From positions 43,936 through 107,935 of the IMG/VR virus record IMGVR_UViG_3300037516_001783: a stretch of 64,000 nucleotides of DNA; one strand, written 5' to 3'. Positions 9,803-22,900 of this stretch are shown piece by piece. The notes below the pieces were generated by a model that did not search any database, was not told the DNA's origin, and saw only the letters and a list, made by a program, of their open reading frames with translations. This DNA is from a virus. A program made the position numbers and the translations under genes. Every line of letters starts with the position of its first letter. The stretch's first letter is position 1.

Positions 9803-10972
9803 TTATAGGTTTTTCAATGCATTTATCAACCTTAAAGCTACTTTTGTTGTATCCATTTTTCTGGCGAATTTCTGACCATTGTCTTGAATCTGTTTCAATT
9901 CTAAACTGTCTTTTTCACCTTTGAACCAATTTATGTATTCTGCTACATTTTCTAACTCAAACTGAACACAACAATCTTCTGGGATAACATTATCAGGGTC
10001 TTCAAAGACATTTCTTTCTATCATAGAAATTGTCCTGTAACATAATGGTTCAAAGTGAGTATAATTAGTATATCCACGAGTACTTAAATCTATACTGAAT
10101 AAACTCTTAGCATAATACTTTTGAAGCAGTTCGAACGGCACATGACCGTACATATTATGAATAGCATTAGGATTATGAACAATGATTTCACTTTTGTCAA
10201 AATTAGGGTCATCTTGAAAGTTAATCTTACTCATACGCCAATCTTCTTTTATGTTATTAAGAAACTCATCTGTTTTCTTAATGTAATGGTATTCAATACC
10301 AACACCAAACATATTGATAGGAACTTCTACTTTGTCAATTTGTTTGAATAACTTATCATGATTTTTCCAACCAATCCATTGAGTTGCTAACATACCAATT
10401 TCTTGTTTTCTGTTAAGCTTCAATTTATCAATAGGTTCAAAATCTATAGGAAAGTAATCCCAATACTTAACACAATCTGCTGGGAATCTTTCTACTGAAT
10501 GACTGAATTTCTTTTGAGAAGAAACACAAATGTCAATGTAATCAGCTACATCTGCTGCCCAAGGATTTGTCTTTTCCCAATTTGCGTCATGATAGATAAC
10601 AACTTTAGGAGGAGTTGGTTCTGTGTATAACAATTTCCAGTTTTCAATGTCTGCTCTACCAAGATTATCTTTAGTAGGGTGAGGAGAATTCTTACAGAAA
10701 ATTATAGCGTCAAATTTATTAAGAGTTTCAATAGAATCTGCTATGTTTTGCATTGTATAACTCAGGTGATGTCCAGCTAACTGATAATCATCTAATTTCT
10801 TCACATCATTTTCACTATCACAAGTGAATCTGTTGGTTGGAGTTGCATAAAAGAATGTAGGTTCTACACCGTTTCTTCTTAAACCCTTTTGAATTTCTTT
10901 ATTCCACGTAACAATACCTCCTGCATTGTTTATAGGAAAGAAAATCATTGCTACTTTTTCTATTTTCCTCAT
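9803..10972 (-). CDS. GT-B-fold glycosyltransferase, candidate DNA-base glycosyltransferase
   Basis: N-terminal NAGGIVTWNKEIQKGL (GG motif), VIYHD, WKNHD, G.V...L...Y....F.IDLS, NYTHFEPL. Confidence 0.7.
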   Translation of the reverse strand: MRKIEKVAMIFFPINNAGGIVTWNKEIQKGLRRNGVEPTFFYATPTNRFTCDSENDVKKLDDYQLAGHHLSYTMQNIADSIETLNKFDAIIFCKNSPHPTKDNLGRADIENWKLLYTEPTPPKVVIYHDANWEKTNPWAADVADYIDICVSSQKKFSHSVERFPADCVKYWDYFPIDFEPIDKLKLNRKQEIGMLATQWIGWKNHDKLFKQIDKVEVPINMFGVGIEYHYIKKTDEFLNNIKEDWRMSKINFQDDPNFDKSEIIVHNPNAIHNMYGHVPFELLQKYYAKSLFSIDLSTRGYTNYTHFEPLCYRTISMIERNVFEDPDNVIPEDCCVQFELENVAEYINWFKGEKDSLELKQIQDNGQKFARKMDTTKVALRLINALKNL

Positions 10973-10973
10973 C

Positions 10974-11405
10974 TTAATTAAAGAATTGTTTTACTTCTCT
11001 CACTTTTCTATTTAACATTGCTATCTCTAACAATTTAATTGACTTTGTTAAGTCCATTTTACCTTCAGTATCTGTTACCAGAACTAATTCTTCAGAAGTG
11101 TAGTTAGAAAGGAAATCTATTGATTCTACCCAAGACTTAAGAATATCAATTTCTATTGTTCTGTAACCTGATAACAAATCTTTATCTGAAGTTGTAAGCT
11201 TTATAAAGTGTTTTAACCTTACATCTGCGTAGAACTTCGTTATGATGTCAGTAGCTTTAATTGCAACCTCTTTTTCACAACCTTTATCACATTCAGGACA
11301 TAATTTATCGTACTGTAAACTTAGTTCCTTGAAGTGCGAATCAACAGTTTCTGATATCACCTTGATATCAAATAAGAACTTGTAATATAACATTGAAAAT
11401 GCCAT
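10974..11405 (-). CDS. Hypothetical protein
   Basis: ORF track. Confidence 0.55.
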   Translation of the reverse strand: MAFSMLYYKFLFDIKVISETVDSHFKELSLQYDKLCPECDKGCEKEVAIKATDIITKFYADVRLKHFIKLTTSDKDLLSGYRTIEIDILKSWVESIDFLSNYTSEELVLVTDTEGKMDLTKSIKLLEIAMLNRKVREVKQFFN

Positions 11406-11429
11406 GATTTTTATTTTTTTATGGTTAAA

Positions 11430-11474
11430 AAGTGTGGATTAACTTCAAAAAACTCTGTTAGTTAATCCACACTT
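11430..11474 (-). terminator. Hairpin/terminator after the 520-aa gene
   Basis: 14-bp inverted repeat AAGTGTGGATTAAC / GTTAATCCACACTT, followed by Ts on the minus strand. Confidence 0.6.
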
Positions 11475-11477
11475 AAA

Positions 11478-13040
11478 TTATTTACTCAATCTACCAAGAG
11501 CAGTTCGTTTTACTCCGTTGAACTCTTTATGTTCTTTAATTTCAAAAGTAGCTTTTATAACACTACCAACTTTCACTTCTTCAGAATCACTGAATTTAGG
11601 ATTAACAGTACCGAATTTTGTGAAATTATTACCTTCTTCATCAACAAATGAAAATAGAGTCCAAGTACCGAATTGTCCATTCCCAGTTTTGATATCTGTG
11701 ACAGTTAAGGTTAATTTTTCTTTCTGACCAACAGTACCTACAAATTTTGTTTCTGGTGTAGATTTGAACTTCAAGAACGAAGCATATCCAGCAGATAAAA
11801 CAGATAAATCTTTGTTCATTATCATTTTCTGGTTAGCAACTTTTTGAAGTTTATAATTGAAATCTTCAACGGTTCCAGAAACTTGAATTTCTTTAGTTTT
11901 GAAAGTACAAGTTACAGCACCACCAGCAAACTGTTTATCAAATTTACAACATTCAGTTATAGTGATAGAATTATGACCAACGTAAAAACCAGAAACTGTT
12001 AGTGTACGAATACTCCCTCCGTAATTTCTTTGAATATCTTGTAATGAAGAATCAAAACCATTATGATATTCAACTTTTTCAAAAACACCGTCTTGAATGT
12101 ATTGCTTAATTTCTGCTAACCAATTATCTTGACTTAATTCAACCCTTTCAGTTACAGTTTCTGTATAAGAATACGTATTCAACTTCAGGTTGTTAACATA
12201 CTCAATGAATTCAGAAAAATCAACTTGTTTATAATCTTCAGAAACTTTCTTCAAAGATTGGTACAACTTGTTAATTGTAGCAGTTTCTTTATTAAGTTGC
12301 ATGCTTAAATCATTCTCATATTGAATATCACCATTATGGTCATAAACATAAGCACCTCTGTAATTTGTAACAGGTTTTTGAGCGAACTTTTGTTTTTCAT
12401 AACCAAATTCAGAAACTTCTGGTATAAGAACAGACATCACCTTTTCCATTTCAATGCCACTGTATTTGTTCAACCAAGACCTATCTCTACCTGACCTTCT
12501 ACTATAATCATCCCAATCCTCACCATCACCGTTGAAGTTAAAAACAAGGACTTCTGTGAACATTACTTGTAAGTTGGTGATATTAGTCTCTGACATTCCT
12601 AAAAATTCCTTAGAGCATGTAGAACCAACCTGTTTGAATGTAGTACCGTTTTTAACAATAAATGATTTCCTACGAGCATTATGATTTCCTCCACAGTGGT
12701 CACATTTATTGTAATCTAAACCTAACTCTACAGGAGGAACTGTATTCACATCTATAGGTAAAACTATTTGGTCTTGAAATAAAACAACTGAAACTAAATC
12801 CCAACCATTCAATTTATAAGAACTGTCAATGTCTAAAATAACATCAACAACTTCTAACATTACAATTCTGGTATATTTCTCACCCTCACAATCCTCGTAA
12901 ATAGTTTTTTCTCTGTTGTATGTATCACCATATTTAAAAGTAGGCTTCTCCAAACCCATTTTACCAACTTTCTTAGCAAAAAGATTGAATTTAGTTTCGA
13001 AGTTATGTTTAGAACAAGTTTCTATTTGAATAGTTCTCAT
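11478..13040 (-). CDS. Early hypothetical protein with a Zn-binding motif and a C-terminal OB fold
   Basis: CDHCG...R...QVGSTC motif; C-terminal FVGTVGQKEKLTLTV...GQFG...IKATFEIKEHKEFNGVKRT. Confidence 0.6.
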   Translation of the reverse strand: MRTIQIETCSKHNFETKFNLFAKKVGKMGLEKPTFKYGDTYNREKTIYEDCEGEKYTRIVMLEVVDVILDIDSSYKLNGWDLVSVVLFQDQIVLPIDVNTVPPVELGLDYNKCDHCGGNHNARRKSFIVKNGTTFKQVGSTCSKEFLGMSETNITNLQVMFTEVLVFNFNGDGEDWDDYSRRSGRDRSWLNKYSGIEMEKVMSVLIPEVSEFGYEKQKFAQKPVTNYRGAYVYDHNGDIQYENDLSMQLNKETATINKLYQSLKKVSEDYKQVDFSEFIEYVNNLKLNTYSYTETVTERVELSQDNWLAEIKQYIQDGVFEKVEYHNGFDSSLQDIQRNYGGSIRTLTVSGFYVGHNSITITECCKFDKQFAGGAVTCTFKTKEIQVSGTVEDFNYKLQKVANQKMIMNKDLSVLSAGYASFLKFKSTPETKFVGTVGQKEKLTLTVTDIKTGNGQFGTWTLFSFVDEEGNNFTKFGTVNPKFSDSEEVKVGSVIKATFEIKEHKEFNGVKRTALGRLSK

Positions 13041-13140
13041 GATTAAATAATTAAATGTTCAAGCTTCATTGCTTAACATTACAAAGGTAGTAATAAAAAA
13101 ATTAAAAAGAAAACAGTCTTTAAAAGGAAAAGACTGTTTT
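13041..13140 (-). promoter_or_regulatory. Repeated early-promoter unit 1 (hairpin + Bacteroidota -7 element TACCTTTG + conserved leader)
   Basis: Minus-strand TACCTTTG at 13082-13089, upstream hairpin AAAACAGTC/GACTGTTTT, leader TGTTAAG..CTTGAACATTTAAT..TTTAATC-ATG. Confidence 0.8.
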
Positions 13141-13150
13141 GATTAAAATG

Positions 13151-16100
13151 TTATGCAGAACCATAACGAAAACTTATCCAACATTCACTACCAGAGTTCC
13201 AGTGAAAACCAAGTTCATTTAATTTAACTTTGTCTTCTTCTGAAACCTCTTCTTCTGTAATACCCATAATCATAAGTTCATCATGTTCACAATGAGTTGG
13301 GTAATCTTCATTTTTGTACTTTAAGAAGATTTGTAAAGCTTCGATTAATTTTTCCATAACTTAATTTTCAAAAGATTCTGGTTTGATTATCACAATGTAT
13401 TTTGGATTTAAACATGCTAACTCTTTATGATAAACAACAATTTCATCCTTAAAATGATTCGGATTTACTATGATACCATGTATATGGGTTATGTTTGAAA
13501 TTACTGTTGTTGTGATATTATTTACACTATTTAAATATTGACGAACTTCATCTTCAATGAATTCTTTTAAACGTGGAGAATAACAAATCATTAAATCTTT
13601 GTCTGCACAACCCTTGCTATTCAACATTAAAATAGCTTCTTTTATTTTGTCATTTACTTTCATCAACTTTTTTCTTTAAAGTGTTATTTGGTGGGACTTT
13701 CCCATCCTTAATGAATCTCAAGTCAACTGCTTTTGCCGCTTCTTTTTCACCTTCATTACCTACAACTGATTCTGGGAATAACCTTACAAATTGATAATTT
13801 GGGATTCTAGCTTTCCAAATTATCTCACCTGTTCTTATATCTTGGTATTTGTAGACATATTTGTACTTTTTAGACTTCGCTATTTTCTCAAGTTGAGTTT
13901 TTATCGTACCTATGTTATGAGTTGGTCTAATCATCTCTTCTTTTTCTTCAATTCTCTTTGCATTTTCCTTCTAACTGCTCTACCAGAAAGGTAATGCTGA
14001 GAACCATCTGGTTTGGTAACTATATGGTCTTCATAAGATAATAAAGGTCTGTCGTAAAATGATTTGTTAAAAATATCTGGAACAGGTTCAATCTTAAACT
14101 TACTCAATACAGGCTCTTGTAACTCAGAAATTTTTGGGTCGTAAGGTATTAATTCAAAATCCTTTTCAAGTGCTGTGTGGATTTGTGCCATACCTGAACC
14201 TGCAATACCACAACCTACAATGTAAAGTGCTTTTTTCTTGGGTCCTTCAAACAACTTAACATCTTTAGCAGTAATTTCTTTTTCAACATTATCTGTAGTG
14301 TCTAAAACTTTGATAACAGATTCTCCATTTTCAATCTCATCTCTCAACTTTTGAAAGTGATTTTCCCATTTATCCTCTTGGTGTGGCATTTTGAATTATG
14401 TTGTGAAGTTCTAATTTTAGATTGGCAATTTTCACATCTGCTTCCAGTAACTTACCTTCCAATTCAGATAATTGTCTCCTCAAAGATATTTCTTCATCTG
14501 TTGGTTTTACTGTCTCTTCATTTGTATTTATCAAACCTTCCTCTTTAATAAAATCATTGTAGTCCTTTAAAATTGATACATTTGACCGATGGTCATATTC
14601 ACCATTTTTTGTAAATGTGATAAAACATTTAGGTTCCTCACATACTGACAGAGTAAGAGGATAATCAGTGCCATGATTTTTGTTGTTTTCTAGAACTCCT
14701 ACAATTACTACTTTTTGACCTAATTTGAATTCCATGATTTCTCTAATTTATTTTGTTAAATTGTTAAATTGTTAATTAATAGTTTTAATTCATCAATTGA
14801 CGAAATTAAATGTCCCCAAGGATGAGTATCAGCATGCCATTTTTTACTTGACAATCCCATAAAAGTATCAGGAATTGGATAGAAATATTGAGGGATAACT
14901 GATTTTATGATTTTATAAATTTGTTGTTGATTTTCTTCAGTAACATTTATACACCAATCAGTTGTTAATTGTCCATCTCTAATGACTTCTTTTTCCACGA
15001 TTCCTCTAATTTATTTTGTCCATTCCAGCTTACTAATTTTTCATCCTCTGTGAGGTCAACCATTTCAAAATAACCTAACTCTTGAACGAGGATTAACTTT
15101 TCATTTAAATCCTTAAAAGCTTCAAAAAATTTACTACAACAAATATCCTCACCTTGAATTGAAGCTTTATGGCATGTGAAGTGTGTAGGATATGAATTGT
15201 CTTTTGGGTTGTTACAATTTTCAATAATCTCTTTTGCTCTTTCTACAGATACAATTCTGTCTTTGGTTAGTAAGCAATTTTTACAAGGTTTATTGTAGAC
15301 TTTTAACATGATTGATTAAAATTGTTAAGCAACAACATCAACGCTGTTTTGTTTTATAGATTGAAGTGCTTCTAAAATGTTTTTAACAACAATTTCTTTC
15401 TGAGATAACCAATCTTCGAGTTGTTTTATAGTAGGAACAGCAACTAAAGAAGTTAATCTACCACCTTGCTCTATATAAACCAACACTCACTTCAATATGT
15501 TCAGCAGTTCTCTCTTCTTTGATTTTGAACTTCTCAAGTTCCTCCATAGCCTTTTCAATAAAAGAAACCTTATCTTCAACAGTTCCGTCAATATTTAACA
15601 GAATATCATGAACTAAATTCAAACTCCTTAATGAATGTGCTTTAGCTAAATCTAAATCTTCTTTGTTTCTGAATACTCCAAAACCATGTTCTTGTAACAA
15701 GAAATTTGCTAAAGTTATAGGGGCTAAATCTTTGATGTTTTTGTTATCACTCATTAGAATTTTGTTTTAGTGAAGTAATTTAACAATTTAGAAAACCATG
15801 TTTGCTTGGGTCTATGCACTAATGGTTTACTCTTCATCTGCGTTTTCTAAGTATGCACAACTTTGTGATTCTTGTGCTCTTATTTTGAAAAGAACATTAC
15901 CTTCTTTGTCAACCACAATACAGTAATTACAATCAGCTTTGTTTATGAACAACCTTAAACCTCTAACTTCTTTAACAAGTTCAAAGGACATATCTTTGTA
16001 CCTTATTTCTGTTGAAATCTTATCCATTTTATTTAACAACTAAAATTAACATTTCATTTATATTAGTATCAAGCAAACACTTTTCAACTTTATATTCAAA

Positions 16101-19100
16101 ACCGTAATGTAATACAACATCACCTTTAGACATTGTTATAGGGAAATCATATTCTGCTAAAATCTCCCAACCTTTCATTAAAATTACTTTTGTTTTCATA
16201 AAGTATTTACATTTTATGACCTGATTTCATTAACAATACAGTAAAAGTTTTAACATTGTTTTGATTTGACATACTTCTAAAAACCCTTTCTATGTTGTAT
16301 TCTGTAATGAATTTGTAAAACCTTTCTTGTACTTTTATAACTTTAGAAGATAAAACATGAGGAACATTTTCCATGAGTGCTTTTAAGTAGTAAAAATCAT
16401 CCTCATCTAAAACTAATACTGTGTAACAAGGCTTTATTGCTTTACGTAAATGTGACAAATCAAGTGGGACATCCATAATCACTTTGTTTTTAGAAGTTAA
16501 ATCCAAATCAACAGTTGGTGTTGAAGGGTTTTCTCCTGTAATTAATTTGCCATGTGGGTCTCTACCATGAATCCTTTTGTCAACATAACCAGAATTCATA
16601 TTCATTTGGCTTTTTACAGTAATTTCTTCCTTATATTCCCAAGGTCTTTTATTTTCCATATCGTTAAAAATTAATCGTCCGAACCTCCACTATCACTTGA
16701 ACCTCCACCGTCATAACTTGAACCAGAATCGCTGGGAGAGTAATCATTATCAGAACTTGAATCGTTATTCCATATAGAAAAAGGACTCATTGGGTTTAAC
16801 GGATTGCATGGGTCAAGTATATCATCACCACTTTGATTACCATTGGTTGCAGGACGAGAATAAGTTCTTGATTCTTGTTCCCACTTTTTAAGGTTTCTAA
16901 CACGAGTTGATTCTTCCCTTTGTTTTTGCCATGCCTGACCTTCTTTTGTTCTTAGGAATTGTTCGTGTTCCCTATCCTTCTCAATTCTTTGTTTTACTTC
17001 AAAGTGTCTTCTGATTTTATCACTCCTCAAATCCTGTTTCTCTTTTGTAGTTGGTATTCTTCCATACCACCCTACAAACTTATCCTTAGCACTGAAACCT
17101 TTTTCACCTGTTATTGTTTCTACATTAAAGTCAGCTGATTTCTCATCTTCATTTGTTTCAGGTCTGTTTCTGTGATAATCTTTGAACTTGAGAAACAAGC
17201 AACCACAGATTATTGTTACGATAATTATTAACAGGATTTCCATATTAACTTAAAATTTGGAATTTATCTTTAATTATATCTTCCAAATCAACTTCTTTAG
17301 GTATGTTTTGAAAGTTCTTTTTAACATCTTCAGAAATTACTTTTATAACTTCATCTTCTGCTTCGTTGTTGTTATGGTCTTTATACCAATCGTACTCATT
17401 TTCATAATCTTCATCATCTTCCTCCCAATCAGACCACTCTAAAATTTCTTCATCTAACATTCCTGTTACACGCTCTTCAGGATAATTCTTTTCAATGAAT
17501 TCAGCAATTGATTTTACAATACTTTCCATTACACTTCTTTTAAATTATTTAACAAGAATTTGTAGAACTTCTTTTCAGCGTTAATTTTTAACCTTGTATA
17601 ACAAGAATAAGTTTTGATATTTCCATTTCCATCCTTGTAATTGAAGTGAAATTCTTCAGCACCTTTAGGACATTTCTTGAAGTTTCCTGGAGTGTTAACT
17701 TCATGTTCTCCTCTACTTTCTGAAGTTGAAGACATTGCTGTTATCATACCAAACATAGCAGATAACATTCCTATTTTCTTTAAAGACATAATAATTCAGA
17801 TTTTTCTATTTCTCTATAATGATGTTCTTTAAAACCGTTTTCATTAAAACCACCATAGGTCAATCTTAAATCGTTGTCAATAAAAAATGCTGTAGCTTCT
17901 GTATTCTTAACACACAATTCTTTTGGGCTGTTACCTACTTGCCAATAACAACCTAAATCTATTAACAACCTTTGAATTTTTACATTATCTTCAATATTGT
18001 CACCAACCCATATTTTACATCTATGTAAAAGTATTGGATTCTGGTCTAAATACCTTTTGATAGCTTTTTCTATAAAAACCCTCTCCATGAAGTTACTTGT
18101 ACGGTGAAGGTGCATTTCACCCATATCTCTTAATTTAACAAGCCTTATATAAGTTTCTCTTGGGATAATCTTAAATTTATCTGTAAAGTACCATCCCCAA
18201 ATAACTTTGATTTGTGTTTTTACTTTAAACCAATACCAAAATCCGACAATACCTACATACAGAATTATTGAACCGAATAATATGGCACCAAACAATGATA
18301 AACCTATGAATATAGAAGCTTGTAACAACAAATTTTTCCTTCTTAAAGATTTGTCATCAAAGACATACATTACTGACATACCGTTCAAAACAAAGTATGT
18401 ACATAACAACACTAATAAAATAATTTCCATTTTTGTTTTTTATTTATACCAATCAATATTTAACCAACCTCCTTCTGTACCGTCAGAATTCCACTGTATA
18501 AAGTAAGATTTCATTTTAGGTAACTTTCTGTTTTCATTGTAATAAGAAACAATGAATTCATAATCATTTTCTAAGATTTTAACCTTCCTGTAGTTCAACT
18601 CTAATTGTGAAACCAAAGGTCTGTAAGAATCTTCACCAATTTCTTCGTAGATTACAAAGTAAACGTCATTTCCTCTTGGGATATCACCTTCATTCCTTAA
18701 AAACAAATCTTTGGTATCTTCATACCTACCAAGTTTTGTAGGTGGTTTTGCTACACAATCTTGTAATGTTAAAATATAAACCTTATCCATTTTTAACACC
18801 TTTTGATTTGTCTAAAACTTGATTCATTTTCCTTAATGACTGTAGATAACCAGCATAATTCCCCCAATGAAAACTTCCTGCACTTGCTCTTTCAAATTTC
18901 TTAAGGTTTGCTAATTTCACTAAATCAATAGCGTCTTTCATAGCCTTGTTATAAGAAGTAAAAGTCCCAGACATTTCACAATCACCTGTGAATTCTGACC
19001 AACCTAAACTTGTTCCAGAACTAACTTTCATTATTTGCCAAAGGAATCCGGAAGCATTTGTATAAACAGAAACAAGGACGTCATATTCCCTCATGATTTT

Positions 19101-19706
19101 ATGATGTTCTTCTGTCAAACGAATTAACTCTTCTACATCATCTTTTAACTTAACAATGTAACTACTGCTACCACTTGCTATGTACAAACCGTTTGTTATT
19201 GACAAACAATTAACTTGAAATACACTGTCTAAGTGAAAATCGTTGTTTTTAATTTCTTCTGAAACTGGAATCAAGCTTAATCCGTCTCCAGTTATTTTAG
19301 AAATGAATTCTAAATCCTTACCTTTCCTTACCATTTCTTTCTGAATTTTCTAAGCTTTACTTGCATTTCTAATAACTCACCTCTTATCTGGTGAGCATCT
19401 TCTACATAAACGTCTGAACATTGCATTTTAGCAAGTTCCTCACCGATACATTTAACAAATCTATCAATCTCTTCCTCTATCTTTATAGAAGACATTGTAG
19501 TTGAAACTACCATTTTGATTTTTAGTAATTGAGGTGTAACTCCAGGACTTGAGAAAATAACAATATCAGATTGGTTTAATAATCCAAAAGCTTCACTTTT
19601 AAGGTCTTTACATTTTACGTTGTGTAAATCGAAACCTTTTTCTTTGTGGTTACAATCGTTGATGTCTAAAATTAAGACTTTAGGATTGTCTATTTGATTT
19701 GCCATA
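13151..19706 (-). other. Cluster of about 19 short, tightly packed hypothetical (early/accessory) genes
   Basis: ORF track shows consecutive 60-220 aa minus-strand ORFs with abutting or overlapping starts and stops; few recognisable domains. Confidence 0.7.
13650..13934 (-). CDS. AP2-domain-like DNA-binding protein
   Basis: SKKYKYVY...WKARI...F......EKEAAKAVD. Confidence 0.55.
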   Translation of the reverse strand: MIRPTHNIGTIKTQLEKIAKSKKYKYVYKYQDIRTGEIIWKARIPNYQFVRLFPESVVGNEGEKEAAKAVDLRFIKDGKVPPNNTLKKKVDESK

Positions 19707-19722
19707 TAATAATTAAATTTTG

Positions 19723-19791
19723 CCACCCCAATAGGTCTCGAACCTACATCTCTCTGCTCAGAGTATTCTCACCGAATTAAACTACAGGGTG
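19723..19791 (-). ncRNA. tRNA-like element with a deleted anticodon loop
   Basis: Acceptor CACCCTG/TGGGGTG, D arm GTTT-AATTCGGTGA-GAAT, anticodon stem CTCTG/CAGAG closed by only AG, T arm GTAGG-TTCGAGA-CCTAT; 69 nt. Confidence 0.8.
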
Positions 19792-19794
19792 GTC

Positions 19795-19939
19795 AATTAA
19801 AAGTTTAACAGTTTCCTCGGTTTAGACGTCGTTCCCCTCCCACTGTATTTGTTCTACTTGTGACTTTCCCAACCCTTAGGGAATTCACTTTCTTTCAGTT
19901 AATTACTCTGAAGATTTCAAATCAAATTAACTTTTAATT
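19795..19939 (-). ncRNA. Putative structured RNA module directly upstream of the tRNA-like element
   Basis: Closed by a perfect 11-bp inverted repeat AATTAAAAGTT/AACTTTTAATT; internal hairpins TTCAG/CTGAA and GTGA-TTCCC/GGGAA-TCAC; locally GC-rich and largely non-coding. Confidence 0.55.
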
Positions 19940-22900
19940 TCTTCGATTGTATAAGTACAACCTTTTTCGTCACAATCAGAAATTACTTTAAATTTCCTCC
20001 CTCTTGATTCAATAACTTCTTGACCTTTAATAACAGCAAGACTTGTGAATTCAAATATTTCTGATATCGTTAAATCAGATTTTGTTTTAATGTTCAAATT
20101 AATCATCTTGAACTATTAAACGCTGTTATTTGTTAGATTTTACTGTAGTGGTTTCACCTACCTTGGCAGATTCATATTCATGCTGAGTAACTTCTAAGTC
20201 AACAACTTTCCCTCCAACCTTCATTGCTAAATGAGGTTTACCTTTAACCTTGTATTTACCTGTTACAACTCCTGTTTGTAACTTCATTGAACATGAAACA
20301 AGTAAAGCTAATAATATGAATTTGTACATGATTATACTTTTATTTTAGTAAAACGACTTGACATAACTTCCCAAGTATCTTCTCCATCTGTAACCCTGAA
20401 GAACATTCCTTTTGGTGATATCTCCGTTATTTTTACCTTATGTCTGTTATCAAGAATAACAAATTCGCCAACTTTAAATAAAGGTTCTGTAAATAAAGTG
20501 CAATACTTATGTACAGCTTTGAAAACAACTTTAATCAACGGTTCACCTTCAGAAGCTATTTCTATAGTATCAAACTCACCAACTGTTAATGAGTGAATTC
20601 TACATGAATCAGCAAATATTGTAACCCAATCTCTCTTATTTATTTTCTCAACTACAGGCATCAAATCATTCCACTCATTGTAATATGGTAATGGCTCGTA
20701 ATCTTTTGCTTTTGGACAATTGTAGAAATAAAATTTCTTACCTGTAGAAGCTGCAACACCTTCCTTTGGCTCCAAACCCATGTATCTTGCTATACATAAA
20801 ATCTCTTCTGTGTATTCCATGTTACCTATTGTCAAGATTCTTAAGTTGTTTAAGATATTCAGAAAGAGATTGTTCAGCTTCATTTTTAGAAGATGATATT
20901 ATTGTACAAATAAATATACCTTTGTAAAAGAAAGTATATTTACTCAAAAAATTATCTATCTTCTCCACTTCAATTGTAATCTGTTTTGTTGAACACCATT
21001 TGATTACAGTCAAAACACACAATGAAATTGAAACTAACAGAATGCTAATTTGAATTGGTTCTGGAATTGTACACCACATATTACTTATTGTTTAAAGATA
21101 TAAACCTTTCAATGTCTTGTCTGTATTCTTCGTCAGAAACTAAAACAGAAGTATCTTTGACAGGAAACCTCTTAGTTCTTTTATCAGACCAGCATGAATG
21201 TTTTGTATGAAGAGAATCAAGCTTAAATTGAATCTTAGCTTTTTCTAAACTTATAGCAGTAGAATCCTTAATCTTCTCTATTTGTTTGTCTCTTAAGGCT
21301 TTTTCATAACCTTGATTGTAGCAGAAAACAATAAGTAAAGTTGAAAATGATAAAATAATTAAATACTTCATTGTTATGAAACAGATTTTGGTTTATGTTT
21401 TTCAACTAATTCGTCAACTTCTACTCCTAACTGCCCAAGTTCCATGATTTCAGAAGTTTCAACACCTTCTACAGTTGTTACTTTCTTCATCTTCAATGTT
21501 TCATCAGATTTTTTAGGGAATACTAACTTGTAAATACAGTTTTCCTCAATGGCTTTTATCATCACCTTGCAATAGGTAACCATTTCTCTTTTGTTCCACT
21601 GATTTGGAAAAAGGTCTATTGATTTATTCCAGGAATTTGAAGTATTTCCTGTTCTTAATACTTCATCTAATCTCCTTGTCCAAGTTTGTAATGGAGTTTC
21701 TTCTTCGATAACAAATTTCTTCATAGTTTTTAAAACGCTGTTATTTACACAGCTTCAATGTGGTAAATTTTAAATGTTCTTCCAAAATATCTTCAATACT
21801 ATTCACATTAAAGACTCTTGATTTTAGTGTACAAACATCTACAGCAAAACATTTAGAAACATAACAATGGTCTTTAAGAATATCATAACAAATCCTTACT
21901 CCATCTTTTATCATGTGAACCTCATTTTGAGATGTAAAGGTTTCTGTAAATCCTGTGCTGTTGTTAAGCACTATCTTACGGAACTTATCTTCTCTACTAT
22001 CCATAATTATGCTCTGTAATTACTTAACAATCTAACATACCAAGGCAATCCTTTTGCCACTCTTTTTCTTATAGCATCGAATTCCTTTTCTAAATCATAA
22101 ATTGACATATTTGTAACATCAAATGAATCAAAAATGTAGTGCTGGAATTGGTAAGTACACTGTCCTAAAGTATTATCTGTTATCTCACCTCCAGAATCTA
22201 TATTGTAGAAATGAATACAAGGTGAATCATTGTACATGTAAAATCCGGCAACTATTTTCTTCTGACCTTTCTTCTTAGCGTCATTGAAAGCATTGATATG
22301 GCAGACATAATTGTACCTACATTTTCCTGCTATTGGGTAGATTTGTTTCAACTGAGATTTTATATTCTCACAGATGATTTCCTTAGCTTTGTTATTTAAA
22401 ATACTAAACATATTTCTCAATTAATGAATTTTGAACTTCTAAAACTTGTTCGTAAGTAAGTCTTTTTAACAACTCTGTTATGCTGTCAATAACTTTAGGT
22501 TTCAAATTCATTTTCTCATAATCCCACCTTGAATTATACAAAACATAATCTGTAGAATAGTTTGTTACTTGTGTCAAATCTTCTACATGAAACTTCTCTT
22601 TAAACCAAGGTCTTTCCTCAACCTTAAGAGTAAAATATTTCCTACCTACCTTGTCAACTACAGCTTCAAAACCACCATCTTTGTTATGTCTAGCTAAATT
22701 TCCTGTTAATTTGACATAGAACTTTTGTCCCTCATGTATGTTACTTTGAAAAACCATCCTAATTGATTTTAATGATTATCACATTTGGTGAAGTTGTTCC
22801 CCACTTCTTACAAATCTCAGCTTGTTCTGTAAAGAACCTGTTCAAACGGTCGTCGAATCCAAGACTCGTATTATCATCATTACTTTTAATGATTTTAACC

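Noticed and set aside
15326-15754. Programmed frameshift extending the 98-aa ORF into ...IEQGGRLTSLVAVP...
   Set aside because: No slippery site is visible, and an independent GTG start explains the second frame equally well
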